From the NCBI GenBank assembly GCA_963743305.1, contig CAVUPH010000042.1:74664-138663 (forward strand): a stretch of 64,000 bases of DNA, written 5' to 3'. Shown here in pieces: positions 57,444 through 64,000 of this stretch. Origin of the DNA: an uncultured delta proteobacterium. Its GTDB lineage: Bacteria; Desulfobacterota; RBG-13-43-22. The translations under genes and the position numbers were made by a program. The notes under the pieces were generated by a model, which ran no database searches, had not been told where the DNA came from, and saw only the letters and a program-made list of their open reading frames with translations. Numbering within the stretch: the stretch's first letter is position 1; each line of letters opens with the position of its first letter.

Positions 57444-57818
57444 ATGCGAATCGTTTTGATTATCGGTCTGCTGGCCCTCTGGATGGCGCCTCAGGTCCTG
57501 GCTCAGGGACCGGAGGCTATGTTCAAGGAGGGCAAGAAGCTTTTCGAAAACACCTGCGCCGACTGCCACCGGGTGAACGGGCAGGGGCTGCCGAACAAGT
57601 TCCCGGCCCTGGATAAGAACCCGTTTGTGGTTGGAGACCCTTCCCCGGTTATTGACACGGTGCTCCAGGGGCGAAAAGGCAAGTTGGGCCAGATGCCGAC
57701 CTGGAAGGACTCGTTTAGTGACCAGCAAATAGCCTCCATTGTCACCTACATCCGCCAAGGCTGGTCCAACAAGGGAACCGCCGTCACCCCGGAGGCGGTA
57801 AAAAAGAGGAGAAGGTAA
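57444..57818 (+). CDS. periplasmic monohaem class I c-type cytochrome
   Basis: Signal peptide MRIVLIIGLLALWMAPQVLAQG, a single CADCH and a distal GQMP Met-ligand region. The start is 4 nt after the nrfA stop. Confidence 0.88.
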   Translation: MRIVLIIGLLALWMAPQVLAQGPEAMFKEGKKLFENTCADCHRVNGQGLPNKFPALDKNPFVVGDPSPVIDTVLQGRKGKLGQMPTWKDSFSDQQIASIVTYIRQGWSNKGTAVTPEAVKKRRR

Positions 57819-57941
57819 GGACGATTGAGCAATTCAAGGGCATGGGAGCCCGCTCTGGTGAAGCGAGGTACCTTTCTTTGGGAACAGACTCTCCAAAGGT
57901 AGTTGCTTCCCTCTTCCATTTCCCTTCCAGGGGGGGTATAA

Positions 57942-58718
57942 ATGAAATGGACCGCTGAAGCCGAGGGGGCTGTTTCCAAAGTCCCCTTTTTTATTCGCAA
58001 AAAGGTTAAAAAACGGGTTGAGGAAGAGGCCGAACGGCAGGGCAGCCCGGTGGTAACCCTGGATCTGGTCAAGGCCTGCCAGCAGCGTTTTCTCCAGAAC
58101 ATGGACCGGGAGGTCAAGGGGTATCAAGTCGAGGCCTGCTTCGGCCCCACGGGCTGCCCGAACGCAGTGGTCGTCGATCCGGAACTGGTTCAGAAACTGG
58201 AAAAAAAGTTGGAGCAGCGGAACCTGAGAGGCTTCCTGAGAGAGAAAGTCAAAGGCCCTTTGAAGATGCACCACGAATTCCGCGTTTCCCTGTCCACCTG
58301 TCCCAACGCCTGCTCCCGGCCCCAGATCGTGGACTTCGGGATGATCGGGGCCTTGCGTCCGGTCATCGGCGATGAGCCCTGTACCCTGTGCGGAGCCTGC
58401 CGGGAGGCTTGTCCGGAAGGGGCCCTGACCCTGGAGGAGGAAACGGCCCGCCCGGTAATTGATTTTGATCGCTGCCTGGCCTGCGGCCTGTGTATCAAGG
58501 CCTGTCCGGTCGGGACCCTGGTGGAAGGCGCCAAGGGTTTCCGCATCCTGCTGGGAGGAAAACTGGGACGGCATCCTCAGTTGGGCCGGGAATTGCCCGA
58601 TATCCGTTCGGAGGAGGACCTGCTGGCCATTCTGGACCGGACCTTGGACCACTATCAAAAATATAATGAAAAGGGGGAGCGACTGGGAGAGGTCCTGAAG
58701 CAACACCCTCTGGGATAG
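57942..58718 (+). CDS. cytoplasmic Fe-S protein: PCP_red-like N-terminus + sulfite/nitrite-reductase-type Cys motifs + 2x[4Fe-4S] ferredoxin insert
   Basis: WTAEAEGAVSKVPFFIRKKVKKRVEEEA (ChlB C-terminal-like). CFGPTGC (CX5C, C66/C72) and CPNAC (CX3C, C120/C124). CTLCGACREACP and CLACGLCIKACP. No signal peptide. Confidence 0.75.
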   Translation: MKWTAEAEGAVSKVPFFIRKKVKKRVEEEAERQGSPVVTLDLVKACQQRFLQNMDREVKGYQVEACFGPTGCPNAVVVDPELVQKLEKKLEQRNLRGFLREKVKGPLKMHHEFRVSLSTCPNACSRPQIVDFGMIGALRPVIGDEPCTLCGACREACPEGALTLEEETARPVIDFDRCLACGLCIKACPVGTLVEGAKGFRILLGGKLGRHPQLGRELPDIRSEEDLLAILDRTLDHYQKYNEKGERLGEVLKQHPLG

Positions 58719-58744
58719 CTGTCCTCCAGGGGATCATTTGATGA

Positions 58745-58896
58745 CCTCGCAAAAAGTCAAAAAACGACTTTCTGCTCGGCGGGGGAGGGCTTCCCCTCCC
58801 CCGCCATTTGAAGTGAATTCAAATGGTTCCACCCCTACCCCAGCCCGGCGCTTAATCGCGCTCGGGCTGCTGACGGACTTTTTGCGAGTCCGTCAT
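58745..58896 (+). repeat. family-C structured element (family-A-like outer arms, three internal hairpins)
   Basis: Outer arms CCTCGCAAAAAGTC / GACTTTTTGCGAG. Internal hairpins GGCGGGGGAGGG-CTTC-CCCTCCCCCGCC, CATTTGAA..TTCAAATG and CAGCCCG..CGGGCTG. Terminal hairpin GACGGACT-TTTTGCG-AGTCCGTC, followed by a T-rich run. Confidence 0.85.
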
Positions 58897-59028
58897 TTAT
58901 ATATTTTTGACATTATGGTATCAATAGGATAAGTATTTGTAAAAAATTTAGCCGAATCGACTTGTTGGCAACTCTTTACAGAAGGAATTCCAATGAAAGA
59001 ATCATAGACCCCATTTCTCGGAGGAGAG

Positions 59029-61464
59029 GTGGGGTTTTTTATGAAGGCCTCAAGTGGAGCTTTAAAGATGGACAATAACAGAAAGACCAAAGAGCAACCG
59101 ATCCAAGAGTTGAAGGATCTTCGACGGGGGATGGCTGAACCTGAAAAATCAGAAACCGAGCCCCAGCAGAACGAGGATACGCTACAGGATAGGGAACGCT
59201 ACCTGCGCCTGATTGCGGACAACATCCCGGCGTATGTTGCCTATGTGGACTCGAGTTTACACTATCGTTTTATCAACAGGGCTTACGAAGATTTGTTTGG
59301 CAAGACCCGGGCTGAAATAGTGGGTCAACCGGTCAGCCAGGTTTTAGGAGAAGTCTATTTTGAGAATGTACAGGAAAATATCCATTCGGCTCTTTCCGGT
59401 AGAAAGGTGTTTTTTGAATCACCTTTGTCGGTGGGGGGGAAGCAAATTTTTCTATCCACATCCTATATACCGGACAAAGATGCGCAGGGGGTTACCAAAG
59501 GTTTAATTGTATTGGTTGTTGACATCAGCGAACGCAAGCGGGCGGAGGAGGAATTAAGAAAACGCAATAAATATATTGAGACCATTCTTGATAATATGCC
59601 GATTGGATTAGCGATAAATACCATTGCCGACGGAGTGGCCAGATACTTGAATAACAATTTTACTGCCATATACGGCTGGCCAAAGGAAGTACTTACCGAT
59701 GTCAGTCAATTTTTTGAAAAGGTGTACCCCGGCGTCGAAGGTGAAAAACTGAAGGCCAGAGTCCTAAGTGATATGAGTAGCGGTGATCCAAAGAAGATGT
59801 TTTGGGATGATTTGAAAATAACAACCGGCACAGGGGAGCACAGATATATATCCGCAATGAACATCCCCATCCTTGAGCAAAACCTGATGATCTCAACAGT
59901 CTGGGATACGACACGGCTGCATAAGTCACAGGAGGCGCTGCGGGAGCAGGAGGAAAAATACAGGAATCTCTTCAATAACGCCGAAGTCGGCATATTCAGG
60001 TCAAGGCTCGATGGGTCGGAGGTCCTGGAAGTAAACCGCCAGTTTCTCGATATCGTCGGGATGACGGCGGAGGAGACGCTGGGAAAGCCATCGGTAAATC
60101 TCTGGGCAGACCCGAAAGAGCGCCAGGAAATGGTCAAAAGGCTGGTGGCAGACGGCAGCGTGTCGGCATTTGAATATAAAATGCTGAACAAAAAGCAGGG
60201 TGAAACCAGAAACTGCCTTACCTCCCTGCGGCTCTACCGGGAAGAGGGGATCCTGGAAGGGTCAATTCTCGACATTACTGAGCGGAAGCGGGCCGAGGAG
60301 GAGAAGATCAAACTCGAAGCTCAGCTCCAGCAGGCCCAGAAAATGGAATCGGTGGGCCGCCTGGCGGGGGGCGTGGCCCACGACTTCAACAACATGCTGG
60401 GGGCGATCCTGGGGCATGCGGAGTTGGCTATCGAGCAGGTGGACCCGGCCCAACCGCTGCATGCCCACTTGGAGGAAATCCAGAAAGCCGCCCGGCGTTC
60501 CGCCGACCTGACGCGGCAATTACTGGCCTTTGCCCGCAAACAGACCATCTCGCCCAAAGTGCTGGACCTGAACGAGACCATCGAAGGCATACTCAAGATG
60601 CTGAGGCGGTTGATCGGCGAGGATATTCATCTCGCCTGGCTGCCGGGAGCGAGCGTCTGGCCGGTCAAGGTAGACCCCTCCCAGCTCGACCAAATTTTGG
60701 CCAACCTGTGCGTCAATGCCCGGGACGCCATCGCCGACGTCGGCCGGGTCACCATCGAGACGGGAAACAGGACCTTGGATGAGGCCTACTGCGCCGATTA
60801 CCCGGGCTTGGTGCCCGGGGAGTATGTGCAACTCACCCTGAGTGACGACGGTTGCGGCATGGACCGGAAAACGCTGGCTCACATCTTCGAGCCTTTCTTT
60901 ACGACCAAGGGCGTCGGCGAGGGCACCGGCCTGGGCCTGGCCACAGTGTATGGGGTAGTCAAGCAGAACAAGGGTTTCATCAATGTCTACAGCGAACCGG
61001 GACAGGGAACGACCTTCACGATCTATCTGCCCCGGCAGGCGGGGAAAACCGAGCCGCTCCGGACAAAAGGCGCGGCGGGGCCGGTCCTGCGCGGCCACGA
61101 GACCATCCTGCTGGTGGAAGACGAACCAAGCATTCTGAAACTGACCACGGTGATGCTCGAACGGCAGGGCTACACCGTGCGGGCGGCCGGCACCCCGGGG
61201 GAAGCCCTTCGTCTGGCCCGGGAGCACGCCGGCGAGATCCACCTGCTCATGACCGATGTGGTCATGCCCGAGATGAACGGCCGGGATCTGGCCAAAAACC
61301 TGCTGTCCCTCTATCCGAATCTCAAGCGTCTGTTCATGTCGGGGTATACCGCCAATGTCATCGCCCATCACGGGGTAATGGAGCCGGGCGTTTACTTCCT
61401 TCAGAAGCCCTTCTCTATAATTGAACTGGCCGACAAAGTACGGGAAGCGTTGGACAGCAAATAA
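59029..61464 (+). CDS. hybrid sensor histidine kinase/response regulator (3 PAS)
   Basis: HisKA GGVAHDFNNMLGAILGHAELA, HATPase_c GTGLGLATVYGVVKQNKG, REC ILLVEDEPSILKL...LLMTDVVMPEMNG. The true start may be the ATG at 59041 or 59068. Confidence 0.92.
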   Translation: MGFFMKASSGALKMDNNRKTKEQPIQELKDLRRGMAEPEKSETEPQQNEDTLQDRERYLRLIADNIPAYVAYVDSSLHYRFINRAYEDLFGKTRAEIVGQPVSQVLGEVYFENVQENIHSALSGRKVFFESPLSVGGKQIFLSTSYIPDKDAQGVTKGLIVLVVDISERKRAEEELRKRNKYIETILDNMPIGLAINTIADGVARYLNNNFTAIYGWPKEVLTDVSQFFEKVYPGVEGEKLKARVLSDMSSGDPKKMFWDDLKITTGTGEHRYISAMNIPILEQNLMISTVWDTTRLHKSQEALREQEEKYRNLFNNAEVGIFRSRLDGSEVLEVNRQFLDIVGMTAEETLGKPSVNLWADPKERQEMVKRLVADGSVSAFEYKMLNKKQGETRNCLTSLRLYREEGILEGSILDITERKRAEEEKIKLEAQLQQAQKMESVGRLAGGVAHDFNNMLGAILGHAELAIEQVDPAQPLHAHLEEIQKAARRSADLTRQLLAFARKQTISPKVLDLNETIEGILKMLRRLIGEDIHLAWLPGASVWPVKVDPSQLDQILANLCVNARDAIADVGRVTIETGNRTLDEAYCADYPGLVPGEYVQLTLSDDGCGMDRKTLAHIFEPFFTTKGVGEGTGLGLATVYGVVKQNKGFINVYSEPGQGTTFTIYLPRQAGKTEPLRTKGAAGPVLRGHETILLVEDEPSILKLTTVMLERQGYTVRAAGTPGEALRLAREHAGEIHLLMTDVVMPEMNGRDLAKNLLSLYPNLKRLFMSGYTANVIAHHGVMEPGVYFLQKPFSIIELADKVREALDSK

Positions 61465-61558
61465 GGGAACCAGCGTTCGGCTATCACCAGGGGCTGCATT
61501 GGGCGGGGAACATGGCCGTTAGCCCAATGATTTCGGTAATGGTTACCTTCCCAGACGG

Positions 61559-63301
61559 CTATTTCGCCTGTCTTTTCTGCTTCTCCTCGTCCTTCAAGAC
61601 CCGCCGTAAGATCTTGCCTACCGGCGTCATGGGCAGGGCCTCGCGGAACTCCACAGCGTGGGGTCGTTTGTAAGCCGCCATCCGGTCCCGACAGAATTCG
61701 ATAATCTCTTCCTCGGTGGCCGTCTCCCCGGGCTTAAGCTGGACAAAGGCCTTGACGGACTCCCCGCTGCGGGCGTCGGGGATGCCGATGACGGCGGCAT
61801 TGGCTACTTTGGGATGCTCATAGAGGACTTCTTCCACCTCCCGGGGGAAAGCCTTCATGCCTCCGACGATGATCATGTCTTTCTTGCGGTCGGTAATGAC
61901 CGTGAAGCCTTCCTCGTCCAGGTGTCCGATGTCCCCGGTCAGGAAATAACGGCGGCCGTCGATCATCCGAAAAACTTTTTCATTTTCTTGCGGTTTGTTC
62001 CAGTAGCCTTTCATCACCTGGGGTCCGCTCAGGGCGATTTCCCCGTCCTCTCCCCGGGGCATTTCCTGGTTCCCGGTCTCCACGTCGATAATTTTGACCA
62101 TCGTGTCCGGCAGAGGCAGGCCGATGGTCCCGAATTTACGCCCCCGACGGTTGGTCGGGTTGGTGTGGGTTACCGGGGAGGTCTCGCTCAGACCATAGCC
62201 TTCCACCAGGAGTCCCCCATGGGTCAATTCCTCAAATTGTTTGGCCACCTCCAGGGGCAGGGGCGCCGCCCCGGAAGAACAATAGATGATCGAGCTGAGA
62301 TCGAACTGCTTGACCAGGGGATGATTGATAATGGCGCTGTAGAGGGTCGGGACCCCATGCAGGATGGTGACTTTGTATTTTTGGATCAGCTTCAGGACCT
62401 CGGTGAAGGGCGGGTTCCCGGCCCGGGGGTCGGGAACACAGACGACCCGGAAGCCGCTCAGGCAACAAGACATCAGGGTCAGGGTCAAGCCATAGGAATG
62501 GTACCAGGGTAAAACCCCCATGTAGGTCTGTTCGGTCTCGGAGACCTTGATGCTCGGCCCGCCTTCCTTGGGTTCCAACCGGGCCCACTCCTCGATCATC
62601 TTCAGGTTGGAGTAAATGTTGTTATGGGTTAAGGAGGCCCCTTTAGGGACCCCGGTCGTGCCGCCGGTGTACAGGATCAGGGCCAAGTCCTCCACGGGAT
62701 CAATGTCCAACCGGGGAGGGGAGGGCGGGGTCTTCAAGACCTCCTTGAAAAGGAGGTGTTTTGGATCCAGGGCCGGGGCCTTGGGGATCTTTCCCAGCAG
62801 TCCGCCCAGGACGGCTTTGAGGGGAGGGAGAAAATCCTTGACGGAGCAAACCACGACCGTTTGGACGTCGGTCCCTTTCAGGGCCTCCAGGGCCGTGGGA
62901 TAGATGACCGGATGATCCAGCACGAACAGGGCCTTAGCCCCGCAATCTTTCAACTGAAAGTTCAGTTCGTTGGCCTTATACAGGGGGTTGCAGGTGACAC
63001 CGACCGCCCCGGATTTGAGGGCGCCGAAAAAGGTCACCGGGAAATGGGGGACATTGGGCAGGAAGAGGGCCACCCGGTCGCCCCGCTGGATGCCTTTCCG
63101 GACCAGAAAAGTGGACACCCGGTCGGCCATATCCAGGATTTGCCGGTAGGTCTGTTCGTGGTCGGCGAAGATGGTGTAAGTGCGGTGGGGATATTTTTGG
63201 GCTGTTTCTTCAAGAATCTTGAAGAGCGGCTGGGGTTCGTAGGTCAGGGTATGGGGAACTTCCGCGGGCCATTTAAACTTGTGCCAAAGCTGTTCTTCCA
63301 T
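61559..63301 (-). CDS. fadD: long-chain-fatty-acid--CoA ligase (AMP-binding family)
   Basis: AMP-binding motifs YTGGTTGVPKGA, GYGLSETSP, TGDIG and a C-terminal PVGKILRR. The preferred start is the ATG at 63301, with AAAGGAG 7 nt upstream. The track ORF extends to 63352. Confidence 0.9.
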   Translation of the reverse strand: MEEQLWHKFKWPAEVPHTLTYEPQPLFKILEETAQKYPHRTYTIFADHEQTYRQILDMADRVSTFLVRKGIQRGDRVALFLPNVPHFPVTFFGALKSGAVGVTCNPLYKANELNFQLKDCGAKALFVLDHPVIYPTALEALKGTDVQTVVVCSVKDFLPPLKAVLGGLLGKIPKAPALDPKHLLFKEVLKTPPSPPRLDIDPVEDLALILYTGGTTGVPKGASLTHNNIYSNLKMIEEWARLEPKEGGPSIKVSETEQTYMGVLPWYHSYGLTLTLMSCCLSGFRVVCVPDPRAGNPPFTEVLKLIQKYKVTILHGVPTLYSAIINHPLVKQFDLSSIIYCSSGAAPLPLEVAKQFEELTHGGLLVEGYGLSETSPVTHTNPTNRRGRKFGTIGLPLPDTMVKIIDVETGNQEMPRGEDGEIALSGPQVMKGYWNKPQENEKVFRMIDGRRYFLTGDIGHLDEEGFTVITDRKKDMIIVGGMKAFPREVEEVLYEHPKVANAAVIGIPDARSGESVKAFVQLKPGETATEEEIIEFCRDRMAAYKRPHAVEFREALPMTPVGKILRRVLKDEEKQKRQAK

Positions 63302-63451
63302 GACGGGTCTCCTTTTGCGAGTCTTAGGAATATCGTTAAAGATTTCCTCCAAAGAGGAAAAACGTGCGGGGTGGTTTTTAGAGAGGGATCATAATGCAAA
63401 AACCGGCACAGATCAATAGAAGTTTTCGGGGGAAGTTTTCAGGCTTTTTGT

Positions 63452-63481
63452 TTGACAGGATAAGCAGCCCCACCCTATACT
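63452..63481 (+). promoter_or_regulatory. sigma70-like promoter (TTGACA-18 nt-TATACT) only 9 nt from the downstream ATG
   Basis: TTGACA at 63452-63457 and TATACT at 63476-63481, with the ATG at 63491 and no SD between. Consistent with a leaderless or near-leaderless transcript. Confidence 0.4.
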
Positions 63482-63490
63482 TTTTCCGAA

Positions 63491-64000
63491 ATGTTCGGCT
63501 GGAAGGATTTAATCCTCTTGATAACGATTTTCGGCTCCATGGGCCTGGGCCTTTCCTGGCCTGCCCTGGGGAGACCCCTGACCCCCGGATTGACCTATTT
63601 CCTGATATTTCTCCTTTTCTTGAGCTTCCTGCAGTTGAAAATGGACGAAATCTGGACCTCCTGGAAAAGGCACGGATTCCATTTATTCATTTTGGGGATC
63701 ATCAAGCTCCTGATCTTGCCGATCGTTCTTTATTTTCTGTTTGATCGGCTCTGGCCGGAATACGCCCTGCCGGTCCTGCTGCTGAGCGGCGTTTCCACCG
63801 GGGTGACGGCCCCCTTTATTTCCGGCCTGGTGGGGGGGCAAACTACCCTGGTGCTGGGCCTGGTGGTACTGACCTCCCTCTTCCTCCCCTTTTCCCTGCC
63901 CTTATTGGTCCGGTTGTTGTCGGGGGCGGAGCTGCAGATTCCCTTCGGGGCCATGTTCCGGCTTCTGGCCCTGGTTATTTTCTTTCCGGCCCTGCTGGCG
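63491..64000 (+). CDS. polytopic membrane transporter, 5' partial at the window edge (bile-acid:Na+ symporter/SBF-like guess)
   Basis: My own translation gives MFGWKDLILLITIFGSMGLGLSW...LLLSGVSTGVTAPFISGLVGGQTTLVLGLVVLTSLF. The frame is open to 64000 and therefore absent from the ORF track. The family call is tentative. Confidence 0.6.
   Translation, partial: MFGWKDLILLITIFGSMGLGLSWPALGRPLTPGLTYFLIFLLFLSFLQLKMDEIWTSWKRHGFHLFILGIIKLLILPIVLYFLFDRLWPEYALPVLLLSGVSTGVTAPFISGLVGGQTTLVLGLVVLTSLFLPFSLPLLVRLLSGAELQIPFGAMFRLLALVIFFPALLA

Noticed and set aside
60520-61371. 283-aa minus-strand ORF, and similar long antisense ORFs at 50099..50917, 51044..51769, 54117..54692, 24526..25155, 43699..44307, 61658..62512 and 62756..63394
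   Set aside because: All lie opposite well-supported genes (kinases, phosphorylases, fadD). All show Gly/Arg/Pro/Gln-rich shadow-frame composition.
1-64000. Possible CRISPR array among the many repeats
   Set aside because: The repeat families are dispersed single copies tens of kb apart and differ in length. There are no regularly spaced short direct repeats with unique spacers, and no cas genes.

Overview
This is a 64-kb chromosomal window. G+C looks mid-50s % by eye, with clear AT-rich and GC-rich patches. The gene content suggests an anaerobic respiratory bacterium: NrfHA, a DsrMK/HdrDE-like module, TusA/DsrE, EAL-HDOD and many PAS hybrid kinases. That pattern fits Desulfobacterota/Nitrospirota-type genomes, but the taxonomy is only a guess.

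About 50 credible genes are present:
- 0.8-13.9 kb: a c-di-GMP / exopolysaccharide / chemosensory-like regulatory block. It holds a GGDEF cyclase, a sugar transferase, a His-less kinase-like protein, a CheB-CheR-PAS fusion, a frame-disrupted multi-PAS/GAF HisKA_3 kinase and a NarL-type regulator.
- 14-16.7 kb: a repeat-bracketed module of small genes (Hsp20, ferredoxin, a truncated phosphoribosyltransferase).
- Central metabolism and envelope genes: pyk, a CBS protein, an HDAC-like deacetylase, mtgA, two alpha-glucan phosphorylases, a PfkB kinase and fadD.
- 25.3-30.1 kb: a minus-strand cluster of MarR, DsrE-like, TusA, DsrM-like, DsrK/HdrD-like and FadL-type porin genes.
- 30.5-34.2 kb: an asymmetric heterodimeric ABC exporter.
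- 34.2-36.8 kb: a decayed GC-rich islet with a ParE/antitoxin pair, a methyltransferase, an integrase N-terminal remnant and a broken four-helix-bundle gene.
- 38-41.3 kb: a radical SAM/SPASM gene, a secreted Cache protein and a GC-rich catalase with four frameshifts.
- 46.9-61.5 kb: four sensor kinases surrounding nrfH-nrfA, a monohaem cytochrome c and a small sulfite/nitrite-reductase-like Fe-S protein.

At least four families of structured intergenic repeats are interspersed. No rRNA, tRNA, CRISPR array or intact transposase was found.

I see no proven novel system. The best candidates for a second look are the sulfur-relay/quinone module co-oriented with a FadL porin, the extended nrf cluster, the His-less kinase with the unusual sugar transferase, and the non-random clustering of frameshifts.
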